DNA of 62,930 bases, counting the filler, from Octopus bimaculoides (Eukaryota), in assembly GCF_001194135.2 (NCBI RefSeq). It is 6 parts of 6 records of this genome, joined end to end, with 100 filler letters (N's around TTAATTAATTAA, not from the genome) between each part and the next. Parts side by side here need not be neighbours in the genome. Positions count along the whole stretch, not along the records: positions 1 to 28,521 come from NC_068982.1; positions 28,622 to 47,537 come from NC_068998.1; 4 more parts are not named here. The stretch is one strand, 5' to 3'. Below are positions 24,606-37,781 of this stretch, piece after piece (position 1 is the first letter of the stretch; each line of letters opens with the position of its first letter). The position numbers and the translations under genes are program-made. The notes below the pieces were generated by a model. That model searched no databases and was not told where the DNA came from. It worked only from the letters and a program-made list of their open reading frames with translations.

Positions 24606-26314
24606 AATAGTAATACTATCATATATTGCTTTAATTTTATTACAAATAATGTGAAAGTGAGAAATACATAATTAATTATCAATATTGTTACACACCTGTA
24701 TTCACCTTTGCCTCAACAAAGGAAACTTGTTAACCACATCACTCTCACTAATGAGCTTTTTTAATCATTAGATGCATTCTGTTATGTGAATGTATTCATT
24801 AAATTGTATAAGAGTACATAGCCAATGGTATATTGACCAGTAAAATAGTTTTGTACTTTATTTTCAATGAAAATGTTTTAATAGAACATGGACAAAGAAT
24901 AAAATCTTGTACCAATTACACCTGTATTTTAATTAATTCAAATTAATGTACCTCATCTTGAAAAGTGGCAAAATTTTTGTCAGTTGCCATCTGGGATAAT
25001 TTTAGTAACAAATCAAACAGGTAAGATACATTAAGAATTTCAATTTTAGTGTTTATCCATAATGTTATAGCTTTTTATACCTGTTAATTAAATTTACCGT
25101 GGCACGTAAAAAGCACCATTCAAGTGTGGTCGATGCCAGTACCGCCTGATTGGCCCTCATGCTGGTGGCACGTAAAAAACACCATTCGAGTGTGGTCGAT
25201 GCCAGTGCCGCCTGACCGGCTCCTGTGCCAGTGACATGTAAAAAGCACCCACTTACACTCTTGGAGTGGTTGGCATTAGGAAGGGCATCCAGCTGTAGAA
25301 ACTCTGCCAGATCAGATTGGAGCCTGGTGCAGCCTTCTGGCTTGCCAGTCCTCAGTCAAACTGTCCAACCCATGCCAGCATGGAAAGCCGACGTTAAACG
25401 ACGATGATGATAAAATTTGACCAGCAAGATCAACTAAAATTACATAACTATAATCCACTGGCATATAAAGCACCCACTGACAAAATTTCAAATCTGTATG
25501 TAGAAAATTAACAAAGTTACAAGCAAATATTGTGGACACTCCTCTTGAACTTGAACAATTCAAAAGAGCATGAACAAATAAGCATTATGTTTGACAGATT
25601 AATATGAACACTAAAGGGTTAAAGGTTTTGGCTGAACAAATCAACCCCAGTATTTATGCTTTTAAGTTTAGTATTTATTCTATCAGTCTATGTTACTGAA
25701 CTGCTAAGTAATGGAGACATAAACAAACCAACACTTGTCAAGTAATGATGGTGGGGGGTACAAACTCATTCATTTATGATGTGCTTCCACACAGTTTCCA
25801 TCTACCAAATTCACATGCACAAGGCACTGATTGACCCAGAGCTATTGTAGAAGATAAGAAGACCCTTGCCTAAGTTGCTGTGCAGTGGGACTGAACCCAA
25901 AACTACACGACAACAAAGGAAATCTGTTAACCACATCACCCTCACTAAGAAACCCAACCCTGTAAACAACAGGCATAAGCTTTGAGGGCAGAAACCATTT
26001 CAGTGATGGTCTAACAGTAAAACATAATAGACCTTATTTGAGGAGTTTACTTTCAAAACCGGTCTAAGTACACATTTGGTTGATTTCATGACAACCATTA
26101 AAACACAATCTGCTGGCTTCATGCACGTGAAATGTTTTTCAGTCAAACTGGAATGAATGCTATATAGAAGACAGGAGGCGAATCTTAATCCTTGGTTTTG
26201 AAAGTAAGCTCTTCATTTGTTTTCAGGCCCAGTTCAGGCCCAGCATCAAATCCTTGGGTGTTTTTAGCAGAGTTCACTGAGTGTATTGCAAGGATTCCCA
26301 CAAGGTCCCAGTCG

Positions 26315-26680
26315 ACGATTTGACAATGATGATGTGGTTCTTAAGGAGACTATCGAGGATAGCATGAACAGACAAAATGTCTAATGAAGAAGTGATGACA
26401 CAGGTTATGAAAAATAGAAAACTGTTTTGTGAGATTTCTTGGTCATGAGATGAGGAAAAAGGGTCAGAAGAATTTAGCAAGGACCAGAAAAACTGGAGAG
26501 AAAAGAAGCAGAGAAAGGGGAAGGATGCTACAGATGCCAAGCTTGAAGAACTGGTTGGGAGAAAGAGGCATAAATCATTCGGAAGTGAAACTGTTACAGA
26601 AAACAAAGAACAGAGAATTGTAGCAGGACAAAATCGCCCACGTCCTACATTCTGGACATGGCACCAAAAGAAAGAAATGA
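26315..26680 (+). mobile_element. Second RTE-like LINE family, RT C-terminal relic
   Basis: MMWFLRRLSRIA.TDKMSNEEV...RFLGHEMRKKG..NLARTGK..EKRSR.R.RM across frames, ending ggacatggcaccaaaagaaagaaa. Confidence 0.75.
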
Positions 26681-27437
26681 TTGTCTTTTGATACACCACT
26701 TCCCTTATACTTCCCCTCTGCATGATGTCAGTGTTTGTGAAAGAGTGCTGACGAGAAAAGGTTCACCAGTCGAGGCCCACCATCAGCTCAAACAATGATA
26801 ACACTCTCAGATATGGTTACTGTGCGTATGTAAAACCCGCTAAGTCCAGCATCACACCACCTCTCTTAACTTGATTTATCAGCTGCCTCTAAGGCTCCCC
26901 AAGCTCCCCCCACCAATCACTTCCTCTACATTGAAAATAGTTTTCCTCGCCTCTAACTTTGTGAAATCTTCTGACACAAGACATCATCATCATCATCGTT
27001 TAACGTCTGCTTTCCATGCTGGCATGGGTTGGACGACATATAAGTAATAAGTCCTGCTGAAAAATCGTCCACATTTTCAACACTTTATCCCCACTTACCC
27101 ACTGCACAAACAAACAAGCAAACACACACACACACACACACAATAAAACTGCCTAACTTCACCTTCTCCACCCCATCACACTCACCCCTAGACAGAGTAA
27201 CCACACAAAGTAAATGTCTTCAATCACTGAAACCCAACAATATGATCAGTCTTAGACTAGTATTCATTTCATTTCCCTCAAACTGGTTCACTCCACACCC
27301 AGCACCTACCCTCACTAAACTCTTCCTTCTCCCCTCCCCCCTTATTGAAATAAATCCTAATATTTAAAAACATTACAGCATGTCCCGTCCCACACAAAGG
27401 AGCAATCTCTTTGACTATCACATTTACTTCTAAGGGT

Positions 27438-27990
27438 GCTGCCTGACTAGCACCCATGCCGGTGGCACATAAAGAGCTTCATTCAAACATAGCCGATGAC
27501 AGTGTCGCCTGACTGACACCCATGCCAGTGGCACATAAAAAGCACCATTCGAGTGTGACCAATGCCAGTGCTGCCTGATTGGCACCTGTACCGGTGAAAC
27601 ATAAAAAGCACCATTCGAGCATGGTCGATGCCATTGCTGCCTGACTGGCACCCATGCCGGTGGCACATAAAGAGCACTATTCAAGCATGACCGATGACAG
27701 TGCCGCCTGACTGGCACCCGTGCCAGTGATGCATAAAAAGCACCATTCTAGCATGGCTGATGCCAGTGCAGCCTGACTGGCACCCATGCCAGGTGCACAT
27801 TAAAAGCACCATTCAAATGTGACCAATGCTAATGCTGCCAGACTGGCACATAAAAAGGCACCCACTACACTCTCGGAGTGGTTGGCATTAGAAAAGGCAT
27901 CCAGCTGTAGAAACTCTGCCAGATCAGATTGGAGCCCGGTGCAGTCTCCCGGCTTGCCCATCCTCAATCAAACCATCCAACCCATGTAAT
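27438..27990 (+). repeat. RTE 3' UTR carrying 6 full plus 1 partial ~66-bp tandem units
   Basis: Unit about gctgcctgactggcacccatgccggtggcacataaaaagcaccattcgagcatggccgatgccagt, followed by the standard tail. Confidence 0.88.
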
Positions 27991-28521
27991 GACAATGATG
28001 ATGTTGATCTTAAACATATTGATAACAGCTGTCAACACTGACATGATGCTGAGACAAGGAAACAATCATAAACACCCTCTCATATATACATAGAATATAT
28101 CACCATTTTTTCATCATCATTTCTTATGTCCAGTTTTCCGTGCTTGCAGGAGTCAGACAGAATTTGACGAAGCAAATTTTCTACAGCTGGAGGCTCTTCC
28201 TGTCACCGACCCTCACATGCTGCCAAGTAAGGTAACATTTCCCTATAGCCAGACAGGTTTTCAAAGAAGGGTGAAAACAATGACACTGCTTGCACAACAG
28301 GGACACTTGTTTACAACTAACATGTGATGACAAGGCAAGGCGATTGCAACATACGCATACACACATGCACTCACACAAACACACACAAGGGAAACCAAAC
28401 CAGGTAATAATATTTGCGATGCATTTAATATGTATCTTTTATCCGTTATTTCTTTCAGGTATTTGACTGGGGCCATGCTGGGGCACCACCTTGAAATTTT
28501 AGTACTTATTTTTTTTTTAAA

Positions 28522-28621
28522 NNNNNNNNNNNNNNNNNNNNNNNNNNNNNNNNNNNNNNNNNNNNTTAATTAATTAANNNNNNNNNNNNNNNNNNNNNNN
28601 NNNNNNNNNNNNNNNNNNNNN
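28522..28621. other. Artificial scaffold linker 44N-TTAATTAATTAA-44N
   Basis: Exact 100-nt format with a six-frame-stop 12-mer, repeated five times in the window. Confidence 0.95.
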
Positions 28622-31600
28622 ACGAGGCTCCGGCAGGGGATGGCGGTGAACCTTGCTGTGCTCTTCCACCACAACTCAACTTTCTCGCACTCTTACTTCC
28701 TGTTTCCGTTGTGCCTGTAATTCAAAGGGTAAGCCTTGTAACACTGTGTCACGCTGAATATCCCCGAGAACTACGTTAAGGGTACACGTGTCTGTGGAGT
28801 GCTCAGCCACTTGCACGTTAATTTCACGAGTAGGCTGTTCCGTTGATCGGATCAACCGGAACCCTCGACGTCATAAGCGACGGAGTGCCAATATATACAC
28901 ATATATATATATATCATTAATTATATTTGCGCGCGCGCGCGTATGTTTGTGTTCAGTATTTAGTCCCCTAATATAGCGTTTCAGCAAAAGCGACCGTACT
29001 AAGCTTACTCGAATTGTGCGACTAAAGGTGGTACTCCAGCATGACCGCGGTTAAGTAACTGAAACAAGTAAGTGACTAAAAGAATAAAAGAATATATACG
29101 TCTACATGTATCTGTATATACAATTACGTGTGTGTTATTGTGTGGTTTTATGTGGGAACACGCAGCCATATAAATATGATTTTATGTATTTCTATGAAAA
29201 TCAGTCTTGTAAATTTTTCATTGGTTATATTTCGAAATTTCTCCTCTGCAGTGATACTTTGTAGACATCATTATTTCACTATTTGGCTATTCACACCTTT
29301 ACAGATTTTAATTACATATGATAATAGATCTCTATCGTATGCAGTTGAGGCATACTCTCAGTGGAAATTAACATATTTTATTGAGAATTTTATTCAAGAT
29401 TTGATTAAATTCAATATTATATCCCGTATTTGCATGACTATTTTTTGGTTATTTCAATCAAATACTTCTAAGTAATTAATCCTTGCATATTAATACCTCA
29501 TTGAAATTTTTAATCTAGATTTTATTATTTTAGTTCGATAATATTGTGAAAACCATCATATTCTGCTCTTTACCCAATCTTACCTTTACTCATGCTCGCA
29601 ACTAATGAATACAAAATATTTGTTTCTTAAGAAATTAAAACACATGAGATATAAAACTCGGAAGTTTTAGCTTCTATATACATTACTATGTGACCAAATT
29701 AAAAATCTGTGCAGTTGAAGCAACGTAGCTAATGAGGTAATTTAATTATCAATGTTGGTTCATTGATCTGATATTTTTTTCATTGCATATTTTATTTCAC
29801 TGTTCTCCTGACAAGAGAACGATTACTTTTGTAAAAATTGTACGTAACCTTTTATTTCGCATAGTAAAATTTTATTAGAGTAAACGCGCTCTGCGTATAT
29901 TCAACATTGTCCATTTTGGGAATTAGTCTCATGATGAGCACATATGCGATTTCTATGCTCTCGATCACTTATTGAGTTTGTATAAGCTATATTCTTAATG
30001 TTTTAATATTTGAGTACGTTGAAGACGGAGAGCTCGTAGAATATTTAGGACGCCGGGAAACATGGAGAACAGCATTTTGTGCGTCTTTACCTTTTGAGTT
30101 CAAATTCTGGTTGACTTTGCTTTTCCCTTTTTTGGGGTCGATAAAATAAGTACCAGTTAATCACTGAGGTCAATGTAATCGCATTACCGCTGTCCCGAAA
30201 TAGCTGGACATGTACCAACATTTGAAACGAATATTTAAATATTTTCTCAATTTCATTTACATTAACTATTAATTTAGTCTTTTGTCATGATATATCTTGA
30301 TTTTTCAGGTACTACTTTTCCTGATTAATTACGAAAAAATAATCTACTGATTAATCTTTTTTATGTTTATCGATTGGCTCATCTTAAAGTATGGCTACTT
30401 AATTTTCTTCTGATGTATTTGGTGTAAATTCTTAGCATCTTATTTCTGCTCTCGTATCCAGTGTAAATATTGTTTCATTTGTAAGAAAGCTCAAAATCGA
30501 CATTCTTCTATTTGTGTTTCCTCTTGTCTATAATCGAGTAACATATTTTGTAGTAAATTAATATATTTATTATAATCTCTTTCATTGCATGCTTTTTATT
30601 GTTCCCAATGGTTTGAAAATGTAATCAAAATTCCTGAGGCATATTTTGGGGGTTCTGCACCTTTCACCAATCGTTGCGAAATTTTTGATCTTTCATACCA
30701 TGATCAGTTTATTCAGTTATGTACTCCGTGAGAACATTTCTTACAAACAAATCATCAGTGCATTCTTAAGTCAATTTGAAACTTAAATTCATATTTTTTT
30801 CACATTTTATGCTAGTTGGCATTCATAGATTTGCCATCTGTGTTAATAAATTCTAAAATTTTTTATTAGTATTCAAAGTTCTTTTCTAATCCTAAACATA
30901 AAATTTTATTACGAATTTCTTGCAGCATAAGCCCTTTCTACCTTTCTGTATTCGTTGTAAATGTATTTTGCCATCACGTAAATGTTATACGCAGTTTAGA
31001 TAGTAGTATTAATGATTTTACGCAGAGGAGGAAAGTTGAATATATTTAAATAAACACATATATAGAAATTCATAAAGAAAATGTCAGCCTTTTAGTATTT
31101 TAATGTTGCTATATATATATATATTAACGTTGCGAGCTGGCAGAAACATTAACACACCGGGCAAAATGCTTACCGGTATTTCACCTATCTCTGCGTTCTG
31201 AGTTCAAATTCCGCCGAGGTCAACGTTGCCTTTCATCCTTTCGCGGTCGATAGATAAAGTACCATTTGCGTACTGGGGTCAATCTAATCGACTGGCCCCT
31301 CTCCTCAAAATTTCGGGTCTTCTGCCTAGAGTATAAAAGAATATTGTTATATATATTAGCATCCAAATTATATTTTTTTAGTCTTGTTTAAAATAGACAT
31401 TACCCTAACAACAAACAAAAACAGTATATGATTACTAACAGAAAATCTATGTACTCATTACGCTACTTTTAGTTTTTATCTAAGCCATCGACAAGTACAA
31501 TTTGACAACTCCGATTTTTCTTTTATGAATATCACTGTCCTTCAGTACGAAACAACTTGTATAGCAGCATGTGTAATAAAAAGCATAATCCATTCTAACA

Positions 31601-31672
31601 TCTAATCTCCATTTACATAAAAATGAATTTGTTGTACTGTGTTTAATAAGTTAAATCATATACTGAGTACAC

Positions 31673-31711
<39 letters not shown>

Positions 31712-31752
31712 TATATATATGTGTGTGTGCATATATATATTCATACACACAT

Positions 31753-31800
<48 letters not shown>

Positions 31801-32034
31801 GCATATACACACATACACACACATGATCTTTTGAATGTATATACACATGTGTGTTTGTCTTGTAAGCTTCCTTACAAATATTCCAATTCTTTGACTTAGT
31901 ATCGTTCTAAAATATTAAGCTTTAACAACTCGTGAAGGGTACTGTTATGACTTGACGGAGTCAATACATACATAATACATACATACATGCAAATGTGTTT
32001 GCAGTGCTAGTACTCATACCAACATTTAGGCTCC

Positions 32035-33145
32035 TTTATTGGACGTTTGTTGTGATTCGAGCCATTGATGTGAAAATCCGCTAGGTACTAAATAGTACAT
32101 ATCATCTCCATATCAACAGTGAAGCAGCCCGGCAATATATATAATGAAAACAAGACGACCCAAAATGTTTGTGAATGTCGTATCGTATCTCTTCTGCAAG
32201 ATCTTTTAACGAACAAGTGTCGAAGTGCACCCCTTCAACAAGTTTGCATACATTCCTTGTCTGATAACCTTAAATGCATGCCAAAAGATGTCGTACGACC
32301 CTACCGCAACGTATCATCAGATGAGTGTATATGAGCAGAAGACCATGCATGGATATGTTAGTAGAAAGCTCCGAGGTGACAGTAACATTGATCATCACAG
32401 CGGTCTCTCGTGAACGAATAACCGGATTATTACCTCTCACTTTCAAGGATATGCATTTGAAACCCAGGAACAGAAAGTATCACGCAAATACCTGATGCAC
32501 AAAAGGAACAAAGATGCTGGAAAAGTAGTGAAATGTGACAACTGATGCAGGCCTTGTGGATTTAAAACCGAAGATATCACCCGCATCATGAGCACTTGTC
32601 CCAAAATGTCATCATGTTAATATATACCGATGAGACATGATGTTGTAGCTTAGGCACTTTATAATGAAATCCGTGGGAAGGATAAACTCGAGGAGAAAGA
32701 AATACGAAGCCACAGTATGGTAGAAGCCATAGCTACTCTTAGAAAAACAAGTTCTAGTGGAATGTCCCAGTGAAGACCTCAATAACATGTAAACACAACA
32801 GACCTGATATAATGCTTTGGTATAAAAATGAGAAACTGTGTAGAGTTGTGGAAATTAGCTGCCCAGCCAGCGGATGTTAACATAAAGGGGAGGATCAGTG
32901 AAAAAGAGAATACCTAGATTAAACTATTGAGAAATGTGGGGTTTTTCTATTCAGATTACAAGCCCAGGTTTATATCTGTAATTATTGGGGCACTAGGATA
33001 TGTAACAAACTCCCTAGATAGCAATCTTGAGAAATTAGGATTCTCAAAATCACAACGGAAAAAGCTGGATGGTAGACTACAGATCCAAGCTAAAACTGGA
33101 AGCGTAAAAGTCTTTAAAATTTTCCAGAAACTTATCATTTAAGTA
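32035..33145 (+). mobile_element. RLE-type non-LTR retrotransposon (R4/Dong-like), decayed 3' portion
   Basis: Post-RT IRAIDVKIR..L, CCHC-type knuckle CRPCGFKTEDITRIMSTC, RHD motif, KHNRPD and VVEISCP endonuclease motifs, and IIGALG. Confidence 0.85.
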
Positions 33146-33391
33146 TAAATGTGGATGTCTAGGTATGCAAGTCTATGAATAAGAAAACATACATGAAAAT
33201 AACATACAAACCTGCACGTATATACACATAGATATACACATGCATAGACATGCGAACACACAAACACACAAACACATACACGCACTCACACATATATATA
33301 CATATATATGTGTGTGTGTCTATGTGTATATTCAGAATTTTGTATAATTATTTATTAGCGCTTTCGTTCGTTTATCGAACTCAGCAAGACA

Positions 33392-33740
33392 AGGAATTTC
33401 AACCATGTTTCATGGTCTGCTACCACAACAGCTCCTTTATAGGATCCAGTTAGCTCAAGACATCATCAGGAGGAACCACGTCCGTTTCGGCCCCTACACC
33501 TCTACCCTTTTGACGTGCCTCCCACCCTTTCCGAGGTGTTTTCAGCTCTGGTGTTGAGTGCATGTCTTCTTTATTCTGTTCCCCGACCTCTTCGATGCAG
33601 CGTCAACGAGTGTCAGCGGTCGACTGACTGTCAAATTTAAATCTTTTCTCTCCTTCCTGGTCGATTGTATAACCCAGGTTCTCGAGATTTTGTTCATCGT
33701 CGCCTTTGAATTTGATGGTCATTTTTGCTACTTCGTTGTC
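33392..33740 (-). repeat. Direct repeat copy 1 (~349 bp) with hammerhead-like core motifs
   Basis: Highly similar to 34265-34597. Minus strand has GTA, CTGATGA (33463-33469) and GAAAC (33407-33411). Confidence 0.85.
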
Positions 33741-34264
33741 GAATTTTTTTATAACTCGCTGCGTCATTTGCTTTCGGCCACTTAATCTTTGTCTTCTTCA
33801 CGCCTATCACTGTTTTTGACTCTTCCAATTCAACTGTGAAATGTCCCTCGCTATGGTTTTTTCCAGGAGGTTCTGGTCACACGGCTTATGGTTCATCAAA
33901 CCGCGTTGATGAATTACTTTCTTTTGATACACCTTCCCTTGGTGGATTCTCAGCCGGATGTAACTAGCAAACACATTTCCGCAGCAGCTGAATTTCTTAT
34001 CTACCATTCCTTTACCGCTTCCTTTCTCATTATCCATTTCCGGTCCAAGTGCTTTTCGTTTTTTCTGTTTGATCCTTTATTCTCCCTCCGTGGTCTGGGA
34101 TCATAGGGGCATGATTTCCGGTGCCTTTTCCTTGCAATGTTACCCCGGATCGGGCTGCAAGCCCATTTGATCCTTCGTTACGCTGTCGTACTGTCAAGCG
34201 TCTCTCCGCTTTGTCATCCCTCTTTCTAGATTATCAGCAAGTCTTTCCCTGCAGTCAGTATCTG

Positions 34265-34597
34265 AGGAATTTCAACCATGTTTCGTGGTCTGCTACCTCA
34301 ACAACTCCTTTATAGGATCCAGTTAGCTCAAGACATCATCAGGAGGAACAACGTCCGGTTTCGGCCCCTACTCCTCTACCGTTTTGATGTGTCCCCCACT
34401 TTCGGAGGTGTCTTCACATCTGGTGTGGAGTGCATGTCTTCTTTCTTCTGTTCCCTGGCCTCTTCGATGCAGCGTCAACGAGTGTCAGTGGTCGACTGAC
34501 TGTCAAATTTAAATCTTTTCTCTCCTTTCTGGTAGATTGTATAAGCCAGGTTCTCGTCGCCTTTGAATTTGGTGGTCATTCTTGCTACCTCGTTGTC
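34265..34597 (-). repeat. Direct repeat copy 2 (~333 bp) with hammerhead-like core motifs
   Basis: Same as copy 1 but with a short deletion. CTGATGA at 34336-34342 and GAAAC at 34280-34284 (minus). Confidence 0.85.
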
Positions 34598-34738
34598 ATA
34601 AAAACAGAACATTTCGTTGTTCGTTTATATGAAAGGGACAGAATATGTTTTTGCTTAGTTTAGAAGAAGAGAATAATATTTTTGTACTTCGATACAAGTG
34701 AGAAATGAGAAAGAGAAAAAGAAAAGCAAAGAGTGGGG

Positions 34739-34794
<56 letters not shown>

Positions 34795-34916
34795 GAAAGG
34801 TTCAGAACAATCAAGAAAGAGTGATAAAGTATGGCGAAGGGATAGTTAGATAGACAATAGATAGATAGGTAAATAGACAGATAGATAGGTAAATAGACAG
34901 ATAGAGAGGTAGACAG

Positions 34917-34991
<75 letters not shown>

Positions 34992-35869
34992 AAGAGAGAG
35001 AGTGAAAGGAGGAGAGTGCGTGGTCATCACTGGAAAGTATAATGAGTTCAAATTTCAAAGTCCTATGAAAATGTATATTCCTTTACACTTGTATAATCAA
35101 ATCCCATATTCTGTGTAATTCTACGTTTTGCACAAACATACATTAAATATTAGTACAACATTCATAAATTAAGAAAATAATGTCAGAATTAAAAAATAAT
35201 TTGAGATCGGTATTGTTTATAATTCAATCTATTCTCTATATACATTTAATCAAATATCATGAATGCGTTTGTAATAATATGTATATTGTATATTTAGCTG
35301 GAAGTCACTCTGTAGGATATAAATCATAGAAGAAAGCATATTCTGTTTAAATATATATTTGAGTAACTTTCATCCTTTTGTAAGATTTATTCTTCTTTTT
35401 CTTCCTTGCTTGGATAAAGTAATTCAAAGGAGATCTTTCTCACGAATTACTTTGCACAGCAACTACATTAGATATTTTTCCTAATCAGCGGTAAAATAAT
35501 TCTAGTATCCTGTGTCTGATATCTGTAAATCCTATAAGAATAACAATTCTCAAAATCCCAAAGTCTTTTATACTGATCATTTATAGGGATGAGTATTACG
35601 TTAATACCATTGGAGCCACATTCAGAACCAACTGTAACAGTGTAATATAAATGTTTTCTCTTCATCCATCATCATTACTATTAAGAGATAGTAATAAAAT
35701 GGTAAAATGAACATGAAGAAGGTTTCTTGACAGTCACTAACATCATCTAGCATACATTGATGTCATCTTACATGATATATGAATATATTAGACAGAAGTA
35801 TAGCGTTCATTGGAAAATTCATTTGCATTATAACTCCCAAGTCGTATTAGCTGGGCACAGTGTTTGTGT

Positions 35870-37620
35870 GAGCTAACCATTTTAATGTTTATATTTAGTT
35901 TCATTTGGAGGGGTGTTCATGCATATTATCTCTGTTTTTGACAAAATGTAGTTCCTCTGATTCACTTTCAAACATTTGGTTAGAATTTTTTGATGAAATG
36001 TGGGCTCCATTGCTTTTCGGAAATTTGGGTCATCTCTTGAACGTTTGTAGAGGGGAAAGATTTTGAACTTACCTTCACCGCATATGTCTAGATGTTTGGC
36101 CAGTGGAATCTTGCGCAATTACTCTTGTCAGATGTGATGTATGCGGATTCATGTACGCTGGCAGAGAGAATTCTTTGTTTCGCTCATGTAATTTTTCCTT
36201 GCACTTGGGGCCAGTAAAGCAGTATATGAGATTCTGCATCTTGCAGTTCATATCTACACTTACATTGAACGAGAATCCGCTCTTGAATTTTAGGTGGGAA
36301 CCACTTTCTAGAAATATGAAGTTGTTGTTGTTGCATGTTCCATATCTGCTATCACCGCATTCTTTTACTGATAATTCTGATTCATGATCTGAAATGAAAT
36401 TTGCTACTGCGGGGTCTTAACTGAGATTTTATGTTGGCGTCAACAGTTTCATAAGGAGTTTTTATCAATCATATTTTTTATTCTGGGGCTTTGTAGAAGT
36501 ACAGGTAGGTTTTATTTTATGGTGTGAAAGGTGTTTAGCTATTCCAGGATTAAGCATATTGATAAATGGGATCGAGTGTTCACAAATTTTTACTTTTGGT
36601 ATCCCTCGCTTTGTGATGTACGGCATAATGGCCATTTTTATTCCATCATCTATTAATTCTAAAGGGGTATTTCTGTTTTGTTAGGAAGCCTTTGAGCTCG
36701 TTGAGTCGGGCTTGACGTATTTTGGGGTCAATCCCTATAGTACAGATACGTCTTGCTATGCTGTATGGAATGTTCCTTTTGATGTGGGAAGGATGTACAG
36801 AGTAGACATTCAAATACTGATGCGTGTCCGCTTTTTGTGTAAAATAATTGTTGTGGCTGTAGAGTTGTGTATTGTTTATGAATATCCAAAAATGATAATT
36901 TATTGCAATTGGTTTCTGTCGTGAATTTGATGGATAGGTGAAGCGTCTTGAATATATTATTAAATATTTGATGTGTTCCAAAAGATGACGCAATCATCGA
37001 GAAAGCGTTTCCACGTTTTAATGACGTATTTCTTGCAATCATGATTAAATGCTCTCCCTACCTCCCCATAAAGTGTTTATTACATGTATCCCATGCATAG
37101 GTGAGCATATGAGGGTGCAAACTGTGTCCACATATCCGTGCAATTTACTGTCGATATGTTTTATTATCACACCTAAAGTTATTTTCTTCTAGTACCAGGC
37201 GTGTGACCTTGGTGATCAAGTCAATTTTCAAGCGTTCATTTATCCGTCCTCTATGTTTCACTACCCAGTGTTGACTGCTTTTAGGCCTAAAGTTTGAGGT
37301 ATATGATATAAAGTTTGGTGAGGTCAAAGCTGGTAAGTATAGTACCATCTGGGACAGTCGGTGGAATGAACGTACTGGAGGAAATATATGCCATCCCGTA
37401 TATTGCTGGGTATTAATGTGCATAAAGATTTTTGGAGTATATCCAAAAGATGAATCAGTCGTTGTTTGGATGATTGAGGTCCAGCAATTATGGGTCTCCG
37501 TTTAAGGTCAGCAGGTTTTAGTATTCAAATGTATTTGTTCCACTGCTTATTTATGGTTCTCTCTATTCCGGTGCTTGATGTGTTTATTTACAAATATTTT
37601 GATAGGTATACAATGGGAAA
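35870..37620 (-). mobile_element. Penelope-like element (RT + GIY-YIG), decayed
   Basis: LVLEENNF, FAPSYAHL.MGY (RT motif B), HPSHIKRNIPYSIARRIC, then NLIYCFT.PKCKENY.SET (GIY-YIG) and AKHLDIC. Confidence 0.88.
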
Positions 37621-37717
37621 GAGAAAAAGAAATAAAAAGACAGAAAAAAGAGAAAAACGTTTTGTAATGAAATTTGAATAGGTTGACAACATCAAATTGA
37701 AAAGAAACCTCTTTCGT

Positions 37718-37781
<64 letters not shown>

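Noticed and set aside
24951-24990. Minus-strand mini-exon MATDKNFATFQDE with a GTACAT donor as an upstream POLR3B exon
   Set aside because: It has no similarity to RPC2, weak splice signals, and ends in phase 0 whereas the next exon needs phase 2.
27438-27860. Regularly spaced repeats (also 10065-10230, 19745-19945 and 48337-49128) as a CRISPR array
   Set aside because: The units are contiguous tandem repeats with no unique spacers, they sit inside eukaryotic TEs, and no cas genes are present.
28566-28577. TTAATTAATTAA as a homeodomain or piggyBac site
   Set aside because: It is centred in fixed-length N padding five times and is a synthetic linker.
35880-35940. Hammerhead at the 3' end of the Penelope element
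   Set aside because: GAAAC is present on the minus strand but there is no intact CTGANGA.
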